DNA of 64,000 nt from an uncultured Melioribacter sp. (GCA_964465685.1 CAYXKK010000008.1:4121-68120), one strand, 5' to 3'. Positions 36,566 through 45,513 are shown, counted from the stretch's first letter. Translations and numbers: made by a program. The notes: generated from the letters alone by a model not told the origin.

Positions 36566-36697
36566 ACGTGCTCCGTTGATTCGTTGGTGAAGTGTACGGT
36601 GAGTTGGAGTGAGAAAAGATACGCGGATCACAGACGTTTCCAAAATCGGGAATATCTTGACGGCGTTGGGCTGATTCTTTAGGGGGAGATGCTACGT

Positions 36698-38056
36698 ATG
36701 TCGTCACGAACTGGACTTGACAGGGTGCTCAATCTGCCACCCTTTTGGCTCGCATTTGCCTTCATGGCGCTTGTTAGCCTACCGATGTCATATGTGGCAC
36801 TGCCCATCTCGGCAGCCCCACTAGGCCCCCTACCGTCCATCGCGATCATCGTTGTTGTGACGACCATCATGTGTGTGAGCACATCGGCGATAGCGGAAGC
36901 AGTTGTTTCGATATCTGCTGATGTTCGACCAAAGAATCTTCGTGACTTGGTTGTTGTGTACCTCGGCAGACGCATAGGAACAATCACAGCAATTGCTGTT
37001 GCGATTGTGTTCTTCGCCGTCCTTGTTGCATGCCTCGTGTCGATAGTATCGACGCTTGCCTTCTACACCGGAATGACGGAAGAACTGTGGCTTGGTATCG
37101 TGAGCTGTCTTGTACTTGTTGTGATTTCGATTGGTTCGGTAGAACATAGTCTATCACTTGTTGCAGGTGCTGTAGCACTTGTGTTGATCATTGCGATCCT
37201 GATTGCACTCGTACCCTTTCTCAATCCCGAGCACGTGCTGTTTGCGCAGCTACCTTTTACGGATAATCGCGGAGCAGCACCTGAATTGTGGTCTGGTTTC
37301 CTTGGTGTGAGTATACTCTCGTTCATTGGACCGCTCCTCCTTGTTCCTTCGGCAACCTATGTTCTGCCTAACAACCCCAAGGCCCGGCAGTATATCACGG
37401 GCAGTCTTTGGGGCATTGTGTTTCAGGGCGTATTGATGATCCTCTGGATCACATTAGTTGATATGTCGGTGTTACCAACAGAGCTTATCGGACTTCATGG
37501 AACGGTGTTTCTGAAGCTTGCAGAGGCAACAGATGGATTTATTGCGACAGCAGGAACGATGCTTGTCTTCATTCTTCCTGGCCTTGCAACCATTCGTGCT
37601 GCTGGGCAATTGGGTGGCCTCATACGTCTCGCTCTGCGTCCGTCATCGGAGCCACTTTCAACCGTAGACAACTTCAAGTGGAATGTGGTTGTGCCTGCTC
37701 TTCCTTCTCTTGGAGCTATGCTGTTAGTAGCGCTGTTGATTGAAGAGAATGCGGCCGACGTGTCAGTGTTTCTATCAATCGGCGGCATTCTAGGATCTTC
37801 GATTGCTACAGGTATAGTACCAGCGATGTTGTACAAGCGTGTTCAACAGCAAGCAGCTGAGCCAGAGGTACGTGTACTGCACATCTTCCGGACAACTACG
37901 GCGATACTGCTGAGCTCATTGTTCTTCTCAACAGTTCTCCTCCTCTATGGAATTCTCGTATGGCATTCATTGCCCATCCAGATCCTGGCGTGTGGTATTG
38001 CGGTGGTGAATCTTGCGTGGGTGTTGCGACACTGGATCAATACGACTAAGAAATGA
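36698..38056 (+). CDS. Polytopic membrane transporter, amino-acid-permease-like
   Basis: About 11-12 hydrophobic segments over 450 aa. The second ATG (36698) is better spaced from GGGGGAG than the ATG at 36689. The family assignment is tentative. Confidence 0.6.
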   Translation: MSSRTGLDRVLNLPPFWLAFAFMALVSLPMSYVALPISAAPLGPLPSIAIIVVVTTIMCVSTSAIAEAVVSISADVRPKNLRDLVVVYLGRRIGTITAIAVAIVFFAVLVACLVSIVSTLAFYTGMTEELWLGIVSCLVLVVISIGSVEHSLSLVAGAVALVLIIAILIALVPFLNPEHVLFAQLPFTDNRGAAPELWSGFLGVSILSFIGPLLLVPSATYVLPNNPKARQYITGSLWGIVFQGVLMILWITLVDMSVLPTELIGLHGTVFLKLAEATDGFIATAGTMLVFILPGLATIRAAGQLGGLIRLALRPSSEPLSTVDNFKWNVVVPALPSLGAMLLVALLIEENAADVSVFLSIGGILGSSIATGIVPAMLYKRVQQQAAEPEVRVLHIFRTTTAILLSSLFFSTVLLLYGILVWHSLPIQILACGIAVVNLAWVLRHWINTTKK

Positions 38057-38176
38057 TAGCTCGTCTTGATAGTTAGGGAAGATTACATCTGGTACCATTT
38101 TTAAGGGGCAGGTCACCTTGCACTCGGCCTCGCACTTGTGATTCTGTAACACGACATTTCATTGGACGGTCAAAAA

Positions 38177-38206
38177 GGAGCGAGTATCTTCACTGATGCT
38201 CGCTCC
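38177..38206 (+). promoter_or_regulatory. Hairpin pairing the Shine-Dalgarno with codons 2-4 of the esterase gene
   Basis: GGAGCGAG (38177-38184) pairs perfectly with CTCGCTCC (38199-38206). The 14-nt loop contains the ATG at 38196. Confidence 0.35.
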
Positions 38207-39137
38207 CGAATTTTTAGCCCTCCTCGAACAACGCAAGCTGGCGCAGCTACCGATTGTTGGTATTGCTTCGACAGATGAACTCCGCGCACAAACACCAGCA
38301 CGTATTGCATTGGCTGGACCCGTTCCATCTGGTGTGGTGATCACGCAATGCTCGATGCTCACCCGTGATGGTGCGTTGCTTGATGCACACGTGTTGCGGC
38401 TCGCAACGGCGACAACTGAGCCTTCCCCATGGCTGATGTACTATCACGGTGGTGGTTGGGTGCACAACACAATCGACATCTACGACGCGTCGCTTGCACA
38501 GCTAGTTCTCGACACGGGAATGACCGTGGTGAGTGTGAACTACCGCAAAGCACCGGAGCATCCGTTCCCGATTCCACTTGATGATTGCTGGGATGCACTC
38601 ATGTGGTGTATCACACACGCGAACGACCTGCGCATTGATGCGCTTCGAACTACGGTAGCTGGTGACAGCTCGGGTGGCAATCTAGCTGCAGCTGTTGCGC
38701 TGCGCGCACGCGACGTCGTACCGCTGCAGGCGCAAGTTCTGATCTATCCGTGCCTCGATCCGTCACTCACAACAGCATCATCGTATGCGTATGCAACGGG
38801 GTACGGACTCGAGCGAACGGCAATGGAGTGGTATTGGCAGCAGTATGTTCAGGATCACTCGTTGCGCACCAATCCTCTCGTCGCACCTGCGCATGCAGAG
38901 GATGTGTCGAGGTTGCCTCGAACATTGATTATCACTGCGGAGAATGATCTACTTCGTGACGAAGCGCACGACTATCATGGGCGGTTATCGGCAAGTGGTG
39001 TGAATACATCATACACATGCTACGACGGTACGATCCATGGCTTCTTCACGTACGGATCGATCAGCGATATTCCTCGTCGCGCCATTGGCGATATTGCAGC
39101 ATGGATCAGTACCTCAAACTCGCCATCGATGTCCTGA
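38196..39137 (+). CDS. Alpha/beta hydrolase, hormone-sensitive-lipase-family carboxylesterase
   Basis: Oxyanion motif HGGGW (YYHGGGWV), nucleophile elbow GDSSGG, and C-terminal DGTIHGF. Confidence 0.85.
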   Translation: MLAPEFLALLEQRKLAQLPIVGIASTDELRAQTPARIALAGPVPSGVVITQCSMLTRDGALLDAHVLRLATATTEPSPWLMYYHGGGWVHNTIDIYDASLAQLVLDTGMTVVSVNYRKAPEHPFPIPLDDCWDALMWCITHANDLRIDALRTTVAGDSSGGNLAAAVALRARDVVPLQAQVLIYPCLDPSLTTASSYAYATGYGLERTAMEWYWQQYVQDHSLRTNPLVAPAHAEDVSRLPRTLIITAENDLLRDEAHDYHGRLSASGVNTSYTCYDGTIHGFFTYGSISDIPRRAIGDIAAWISTSNSPSMS

Positions 39138-39523
39138 AATCGTCCCATTCAATTGCGGTCGTCGGTCTATCGAAAAACCCTGGTAAATCTGCTCACGATA
39201 TCCCGCAGTTGCTTCCACAATGGGGATATGATGTCGTCGGTGTGAATCCGTATGCAACACCAGCCGTTGGACCAATACCTGTCGTAGCATCAATTGCTGA
39301 CGTACCATTCACGATCGACATCCTCAATGTGTTTCGTCCATCGTCCGATACTGACGCAATCATCGACGATGCTTTGGCGCGACACGCCACACACGGCGAT
39401 GTGCGATGCATCTGGCTACAACTTGGGATCACGAGCAAACAAGGTGCTGCAAAGTGCGCTGCCGCAGGCGTCACGTACATCGATGATACGTGCATCTATG
39501 TCGTGCAGCAGTACGTGAAGTGA
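39101..39523 (+). CDS. CoA-binding domain protein (YccU-like)
   Basis: Motifs SIAVVGLSKNPGKSAHDIPQLLPQWGYDVVGVNP and NVFRP. The start at 39101 overlaps the esterase 3' end by 37 nt. Confidence 0.8.
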   Translation: MDQYLKLAIDVLKSSHSIAVVGLSKNPGKSAHDIPQLLPQWGYDVVGVNPYATPAVGPIPVVASIADVPFTIDILNVFRPSSDTDAIIDDALARHATHGDVRCIWLQLGITSKQGAAKCAAAGVTYIDDTCIYVVQQYVK

Positions 39524-39532
39524 AACGTGATT

Positions 39533-40390
39533 CTACGCCTGGCCCACATACACTCTGTGGAATAGCCTGCTGTGCGGTAGCGTGAGTGCACTGAGTGCGA
39601 TGAAGAGCAATGAGAGCAGTGACATGCTGGGAATGATGAGTGCAGCAGCAGCGATACCGATGAGGGATACGAGAGTAAGAGGTGCTGCCGCCTTTAACAG
39701 CTGCGGCCATGTCCTTGGTGTATCAGTGTGCATGTGGTAGCGCAGCGCATTCATGCTCGTGAACGCATGAATCATCGCGAAATAGAACGTGAATGCGATC
39801 AATGACGACGTACACGCGGCAACGACGACGATGCAGGATCCGCGTAGGAAGCTGTTCGTCCAGGTCGCACGAGACTGAGCAAACGGTATGAGCAGAACAA
39901 TGCCACCAGCTACGATGCGAAGAGGTAGGCTACTCACTTGCTGTACAGTCTCAATAGGAGTCGACATGAGCTGCGCGATAATCCAGCTCACAGACGGATC
40001 TGCTGGATCAATGAGCACAACCAGCATTGCGATTCCGTACACCATAGCAAGAGGTGCCTTCCATCGCGACGTCATCTGAAGGTCGCAGTCGCCGAAGTGC
40101 CACGCTGAGTTGAGAAGAAAGAACACAAGCATGAATGACGGTGCGATCATCCACGCTGCGATTACGAACGCGATGGACGCGAGATAGATGCCGAGTTCGA
40201 CTGTGCGCTGTGCTCGCCCCGTAATCATGTGCAGGTCGAGTGCTCCATGTGGTATGCCGAGCAATGCGATACACACGCCCGCTATGATCATGTTCTGCTC
40301 TCCTGTGAGGAGAAGCTGGAGCACAACAAACACGAGCGCTGCTGCCAACGGTACTACCGTCGGAAGAGTGCGCGGAGGAAGGGATTCCAT
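39533..40390 (-). CDS. blh: Brp/Blh-family beta-carotene 15,15'-dioxygenase (retinal synthesis)
   Basis: A polytopic membrane protein with GIPHGALD near the N-terminus and further conserved His residues (AWHFGD, MIHAF, PHSRL). Confidence 0.8.
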   Translation of the reverse strand: MESLPPRTLPTVVPLAAALVFVVLQLLLTGEQNMIIAGVCIALLGIPHGALDLHMITGRAQRTVELGIYLASIAFVIAAWMIAPSFMLVFFLLNSAWHFGDCDLQMTSRWKAPLAMVYGIAMLVVLIDPADPSVSWIIAQLMSTPIETVQQVSSLPLRIVAGGIVLLIPFAQSRATWTNSFLRGSCIVVVAACTSSLIAFTFYFAMIHAFTSMNALRYHMHTDTPRTWPQLLKAAAPLTLVSLIGIAAAALIIPSMSLLSLLFIALSALTLPHSRLFHRVYVGQA

Positions 40391-41433
40391 GGGAGACTCC
40401 AGAATAGGCGTATCTCTTCGCGAAGCGTTGTCTGCTCGTCAAGAAAGCGAAGAATCACTTCGACAGGATTGCGCTCGAATAATGTCCATAGGATGTGCGA
40501 TACGTGCTGCGGCTCATCACGAATGATGCGCAGAAGCAAGCGATCGTAAAAGTCGAAGCGTCGATGCGCGCGCGGCGGTACTGACCACTCACCGGTCGCA
40601 CGAACGCCATCAATCATCTGTTCGGCGTCGCGAATGCAACGTGCTACGGTATACCCTGTGGTTGGCTTTGTGAGGCCTGCCGCAGAGCCGATAGCGAGCC
40701 ATCGGTGACCGCGCTCACGCACGGGAATCGCATCGCACATCGGGATTGCACCAGTCTCAGTCGAGAGTACATCGTAGGAGTCACACTTGAGAACATCAGC
40801 GATGTAGGTAACAAGATGTCGCTCGTAGTCTTCGATGTCCCACTCGTGTGCCGAGAACACCGTGCACTCAACTAACGCTTCGTCGTCTGCATAGGGAAGC
40901 ACGTACACAAAACAGACACCATGTTGTTGGTCTGTTCGAAAGTCCATCATCGTCATGACGTGTGGTTCGAATACAGGTGTTGCTGTACGTATTCTCCATC
41001 CGTGAAAGTGTTGAACGAGGGAAATCGATGCAGGACGGTGGAATGCGGCATTTGGCCGACTGTCAAGCGATACGTCACTCGCTTGCTCTGGAGTATCGGC
41101 ACGTGCGACGATGCGACGAACATCGAGTGTGCGATCAACAACACGACGAATCGACTGCGCGCTATAATGTCGGTAGCTCACATGTGTGAGATCGCGTACA
41201 ATCGTTGCATTCCCGTAGCCGAATCTCAGTGTTCGCCACTCTGCAAGGACAGCATCATCGAGCATGGGAAGGGGCTCGCCCCATACACACAGATTGCGAT
41301 CGGGTGCGTGCTCTGCAGGGTCGACCATTGTTACGTCGATGTTCGACGCTCCCCAGCGCGAGGCGGCCACAAGGGCATAGAGGTGTGCTGCCACACCACC
41401 ACCCATGAAGAATATCGAAGTGCGTTCTGCCAC
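40354..41433 (-). CDS. crtY: Lycopene beta-cyclase (CrtY type)
   Basis: The N-terminus FFMGGGVAAHLYAL is nucleotide-fold-like, and CFVYVLPYADDEALVECT matches the cyclase FxYxLP..ALVE.T block. The 3' end overlaps the blh start by 37 nt. Confidence 0.75.
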   Translation of the reverse strand: MAERTSIFFMGGGVAAHLYALVAASRWGASNIDVTMVDPAEHAPDRNLCVWGEPLPMLDDAVLAEWRTLRFGYGNATIVRDLTHVSYRHYSAQSIRRVVDRTLDVRRIVARADTPEQASDVSLDSRPNAAFHRPASISLVQHFHGWRIRTATPVFEPHVMTMMDFRTDQQHGVCFVYVLPYADDEALVECTVFSAHEWDIEDYERHLVTYIADVLKCDSYDVLSTETGAIPMCDAIPVRERGHRWLAIGSAAGLTKPTTGYTVARCIRDAEQMIDGVRATGEWSVPPRAHRRFDFYDRLLLRIIRDEPQHVSHILWTLFERNPVEVILRFLDEQTTLREEIRLFWSLPWNPFLRALFRR

Positions 41434-41480
41434 GTACGCACAACATACTTGCGACTGCGCAATAAATACGCTACGAATCC

Positions 41481-42203
41481 TTAGCGGAGGTAGTTCGAGG
41501 TCGAGAGGACAGATTCCACGATCATCGGAGATCCCTTGCGCACGATGAACTCACTCAGCCCCTGCTCGCCGTACTGAAGGTTCCAGTCGTAGGTATAGCC
41601 GAGGCGCGTCCAAGGAGCAGTCTTGGGATAATACGAGTAGATGATACTCGCATTGAACCATGTTCGATATGCCGAGTCAACGTTAGCGGCTAACTCGGGT
41701 CCTGCAGTCGCATCATCGATCTCCGGATCACCTGCTGGACGAAACACATCCTGTGGACGCACCCAGATCGAGAGAAATGCAGTTTTCTTTCGTCCCGGCG
41801 ACAACCCCAGAAGCTGCTCCAATCGTAGTGTCGTATCTGTACGTCCATCGTATCGCGTCTTCCACCAGGTGCGCAGCTCGGGTGCTGCTGTAACCCACAT
41901 ATCGTACTTCGCTGCGGCTGTCTCACCCACTGTATAGCTTGTGTCCCAGCTTGTCCACGCTGTAACCAACACGCGACGTTCCGTAGCAAAGGTCTTCCAG
42001 ACCGTAGCAGAATTGTCTTCTCGCAGTGCAATCAGACTCGTGGAGCGTTCATTATCATCAGCTACCATAGCATCAACGATCGCCGCTGCGTAGCGTTCCG
42101 CATCCGTCGGCTCGGGAATAGGTGCAACATCACTGCTACAGCTCGCTAGGATGAGCGCAGCAACGGCAATGGTGAGTACAAACGGAATGTGATAACGATG
42201 CAT
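41481..42203 (-). CDS. Hypothetical lipoprotein
   Basis: MHRYHIPFVLTIAVAALILASCSS contains a lipobox. No family was recognised. Confidence 0.55.
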   Translation of the reverse strand: MHRYHIPFVLTIAVAALILASCSSDVAPIPEPTDAERYAAAIVDAMVADDNERSTSLIALREDNSATVWKTFATERRVLVTAWTSWDTSYTVGETAAAKYDMWVTAAPELRTWWKTRYDGRTDTTLRLEQLLGLSPGRKKTAFLSIWVRPQDVFRPAGDPEIDDATAGPELAANVDSAYRTWFNASIIYSYYPKTAPWTRLGYTYDWNLQYGEQGLSEFIVRKGSPMIVESVLSTSNYLR

Positions 42204-42223
42204 GCTATGATCCTCGAGAAGTG

Positions 42224-43312
42224 TTACAAAGTGAAGTCAACACTCAGGACCGCTTCAGTTCGCTCCTTCACGTTTGGATCAGTCTCAATGAACGATCGGT
42301 CGTCAAACGCTGTGAGGTATCGCATGTCGGCACGTACCATGCACCACGGTAGTGGTCTGTACGATACGGTAGCTGTACAGCCCCCTGCCGAGAGCGTGCG
42401 GTAGGGAAGCGGGGCATTGAATCGGTCGTCGGCGAGAATGCCGTCAGGGTCGATCAGCATCTCACCTCGTAGTCCTGCCATAAGCGTCGGGAGTATGTCC
42501 ACGTATCCCGCAATAAATCCCGATACCATTGCTTGAGTGGAAGCTGTTCCGTCGGCAAGTTCGAGAGCGTAATTGATCTCACCCAACACGTGTACGCTCG
42601 GTAGTTCCAATGTGGATTGCAGATTGAAATAGAGCTGCGTCTGATCGATCTCTTCGATCGTTTCGCGACTAACAAATACGTTGCCTGCAAACATGTGCGT
42701 GCTATCTCGCTGCCATGTAACGCCTGTCGTGAACGCAGGTACTCCCTGTTCAAGTGGATAGCCATTGAACGATGTCACAACATCAAATTGCATCTCAACT
42801 GTCTCCGATACGTCCCAGAGATACTTCACGCCGCCGAAATAGTTTGGGTCGAAGAACCCTGGAAGCGAAATGATACCGCTATAGTTCTCTGTGAGAATCA
42901 TTGATTCGACACCGACGTGCGACGAGAACGATCCAGCTTCGAGTCGCATTGCATCGGTAAGATGCACGCCGATGTATGCTTCTTGAAGCCAGAACATATC
43001 GTTCATCCACGAGGCACGCGCGTAATCGCCCGTTTGTAAGGTGAGTGCTCCATACACAGCGTCATAGCGACCACGTACAGAGCCCGAGATGATGTTCAGA
43101 CGTAGGCCATCACGCGGTGCTGAACCAACAAGATCGTGGTCTCCAAGTTGTGTCGCAACGTTCGAGTACCTCGCTCCATACACACCAAGGCTAGCACCAA
43201 ACTCAACCCATCGCGTGGTACTATCATCGTGTGCTGTAGCAGAGATAGACAGACAGATCATGCTGCAAACAAACGTGCTCAGGTATCGAAGTCTCGACGA
43301 CATATGTCTCAC
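42224..43312 (-). CDS. Hypothetical outer-membrane beta-barrel (porin-like) protein
   Basis: Signal peptide ..STFVCSMICLSISATAHD, an alternating beta pattern and the terminal ..LSVDFTL. The start overlaps the stop of the upstream gene by 4 nt. Confidence 0.5.
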   Translation of the reverse strand: MRHMSSRLRYLSTFVCSMICLSISATAHDDSTTRWVEFGASLGVYGARYSNVATQLGDHDLVGSAPRDGLRLNIISGSVRGRYDAVYGALTLQTGDYARASWMNDMFWLQEAYIGVHLTDAMRLEAGSFSSHVGVESMILTENYSGIISLPGFFDPNYFGGVKYLWDVSETVEMQFDVVTSFNGYPLEQGVPAFTTGVTWQRDSTHMFAGNVFVSRETIEEIDQTQLYFNLQSTLELPSVHVLGEINYALELADGTASTQAMVSGFIAGYVDILPTLMAGLRGEMLIDPDGILADDRFNAPLPYRTLSAGGCTATVSYRPLPWCMVRADMRYLTAFDDRSFIETDPNVKERTEAVLSVDFTL

Positions 43313-45294
43313 TGCGTAATGCAGAATGTGGTTGTAACAGACCCTTGTTGCGAAGATGCACAGAGAGCGTACACTCCACGACCAACATCATCACAGGACA
43401 GGCTTACTCGTCCACGCCATACATTTTCGCCAACTCGCTCGAACGACGTACAGCGCGTTGTTGTGACAACACGACCTTGCAGATCCATGACTGACAGGTC
43501 AACAGGTGCGGATGAAGCTGCATCAACAACCAGATCAACACGTGTTCGGAGTGCAGTGACACCAATCCGAAGGGGCGTCCAACGGCGCACAATGCGCAAT
43601 GGCAGTCCGCATGCACGGGTAACAACAACACGCTCATCGACAGGCCACACGCACGACGGAATACTGTCGGGGAACGTAACGCTCGTCGCATGACGAATGA
43701 TTGATATTGTGTCCTGATGAAGAAGACCCAGCAATGGAATTATCGTTGATGTGGTTGAGGGAAGTGTCACGGTGATAACGGCAGTGTCAGGTGCAGGGCG
43801 CTCAAGGCGGACACGAACGGTTGTATCAAAGTCCATTGAATCGATGAGCGGTAGCAGACTCGATCCGATGATGGTTATCGTGTGCGTGATCGATACTGGA
43901 CAGCGAAGTGTGGAATCGCGTGACATGATGCGAAGCGTATCGACCTCGCCAATTGCAAGCTCCGAAGCAGAGGTAAGATTATGCAACGTCACCCTCGCAC
44001 ACAGCGGAACAATGATGCCTGGCTCGCCCGGCATCGCATTGAATGTTGCCGTAGGTCCGCCGTTGACTCCGGTTGCTCCTCCCTCGACATCGAAGCGCAA
44101 TGTGCTGTCGACCCGTTGAAGGAATGAAGGTTCGATGAGGACCCGCCCCCCGCCTCCTCCACCGCCAGGACCATGTCCACCGGCACAGTTACCACCACGT
44201 CCACCTCGCAACGAGGCTTGCAATGGTGCAGTGATTGTGCATGCGTCGAGTACGAGTGTACCACCACCCCCGCCACCACCCCCGCCATCATTTGCAGCAG
44301 CTCGGATATTGCTCTCTCCATCAACACTGATGCGAACGGTGTCGCCTTCGATACGTTCCGCATGGAGATAGATGATGCCTCCTCCAGATACTCCGTCAGT
44401 GCCAACGCCATTATTCTGGTGGCCCCCGCCCCCGCCCCCGCCGAAAACTAGGCGAGCAAACGTAGTATCACGAATTGCGCAGCCAGGCATACCGTGCATG
44501 CCAAGGGGTAACCCACAGCTCCACTGATCACCACCACGTCCGCCAGCGCCGCCGTTGCCTCCACCGCCGCCACCGGAGTTGTGAGCATCACCACCACCGC
44601 CGCCTGAGGCCCACGGTGTATGACCCGACCAGCACTCCGGATCGCGGATAACTATGGACTCGCCCTTCTCGGCTGTGCGAGCGCTGAGCGCTGGATCGCA
44701 TGCCTGTGTAATCGAACACGAACCACCATCAGCAGAGCGACGTCCCCCACGGTTTCCGCGCGCGGATGCATCCACACGACCACTATCGAAGATGATGACC
44801 GATGCTGCGTGCAATTCGATCACACCGCCTCGTCGACCATTCCATGCCTCGCACGTGAGCGTTGAATCAATCGTGATCGTATCCGCTCGTATAGGAAGTA
44901 CGACTTGATAGATGGCAGATGGATCGATAGGCGTTGTTGACCAAGGCTGAAGAAGCACAACAGAGTCTATCCGACTGAGAACTGTAACTGGTATGCGAGT
45001 ACCAACTACACCAGGGACGTCGACGACAGGAATCACTGCGCTATCGAGCACTGCGCGTACCTGCATGCAGTACAGCACGGCATCGAGTGTTGAATCAGGA
45101 AACGTTGAATCAACAACAGCACGGATGTACACAAAACTCGGTGCATCGACGATGCGCACAGGATAGCACTGCGTGAGCGTTCCACGCACGCGACGATGTG
45201 ATGCACGATCACCATCCTGTGCGACGCTCATCCCGACACCCATGCACATCAGTATTGCGATAACGCATATACGGCTATGGAAGGTATGGGTCAT
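43309..45294 (-). CDS. Poly-glycine-rich secreted protein with a T9SS C-terminal domain
   Basis: The ATG at 45294 gives the signal peptide ..VIAILMCMGVGMSVAQDG. It has five uninterrupted Gly runs of 5, 6, 7, 9 and 7 residues, interleaved with beta-strand-like segments. CTD: ..VDLSVMDLQGRVV..GVYALCASS..TFCITQ. Confidence 0.7.
   Translation of the reverse strand: MTHTFHSRICVIAILMCMGVGMSVAQDGDRASHRRVRGTLTQCYPVRIVDAPSFVYIRAVVDSTFPDSTLDAVLYCMQVRAVLDSAVIPVVDVPGVVGTRIPVTVLSRIDSVVLLQPWSTTPIDPSAIYQVVLPIRADTITIDSTLTCEAWNGRRGGVIELHAASVIIFDSGRVDASARGNRGGRRSADGGSCSITQACDPALSARTAEKGESIVIRDPECWSGHTPWASGGGGGDAHNSGGGGGGNGGAGGRGGDQWSCGLPLGMHGMPGCAIRDTTFARLVFGGGGGGGHQNNGVGTDGVSGGGIIYLHAERIEGDTVRISVDGESNIRAAANDGGGGGGGGGTLVLDACTITAPLQASLRGGRGGNCAGGHGPGGGGGGGRVLIEPSFLQRVDSTLRFDVEGGATGVNGGPTATFNAMPGEPGIIVPLCARVTLHNLTSASELAIGEVDTLRIMSRDSTLRCPVSITHTITIIGSSLLPLIDSMDFDTTVRVRLERPAPDTAVITVTLPSTTSTIIPLLGLLHQDTISIIRHATSVTFPDSIPSCVWPVDERVVVTRACGLPLRIVRRWTPLRIGVTALRTRVDLVVDAASSAPVDLSVMDLQGRVVTTTRCTSFERVGENVWRGRVSLSCDDVGRGVYALCASSQQGSVTTTFCITQ
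44421..44443 (-). repeat. (GCCCCC)x3 microsatellite-like tract inside the poly-Gly gene
   Basis: The plus strand reads GGCCCCCGCCCCCGCCCCCGCCG. On the minus strand it encodes the G7 run in VFGGGGGGGHQNN. Confidence 0.9.
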
Positions 45295-45467
45295 GATAGC
45301 GCGGGTCTCGCTGCGCTGTGTTGAATCCACATCAACTTCTACCCCCTGTAGAAACGGCACGATACCCTATAAGAGGCAATTGCCGCCCAAACATACGTGA
45401 TTCTTACGTGTGTTGGGGAGGGGGCGCGTTGAGTCATACCTCACGACTGCGCTAGCATTGCTTCAGG

Positions 45468-45513
45468 CTATCAAACAACAAACGGCCCGATATGCAATGC
45501 ATGTCGGGCCGTT
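45468..45513 (-). terminator. Rho-independent terminator after the 45588..46076 gene
   Basis: AACGGCCCGA-N13-TCGGGCCGTT is a perfect 10-bp stem, followed on the minus strand by TTTGTTGTTTG. Confidence 0.7.

Noticed and set aside
36239-38056. tRNA-Phe as an integration site for a genomic island.
   Set aside because: There is no integrase next to the tRNA. I saw no direct repeat of the tRNA 3' end downstream, and the flanking genes look like ordinary envelope and metabolic genes.
43136-44451. Plus-strand ORFs with Pro-rich or Arg/Thr-rich translations (43136..43693, 43751..44119, 44135..44371, 44173..44451).
   Set aside because: These are mirror-image artefacts of the GC-rich poly-Gly gene on the minus strand (GGN codons read as NCC, giving Pro). 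They have no start-site or signal features.
45395-45416. Direct repeat ACGTG-N6-ACGTG upstream of the poly-Gly gene, which resembles the CACGTGTT motif at 63243.
   Set aside because: A 5-mer repeat is expected by chance in 64 kb, and the similarity between the two sites is limited to ACGTGT..TTGG.
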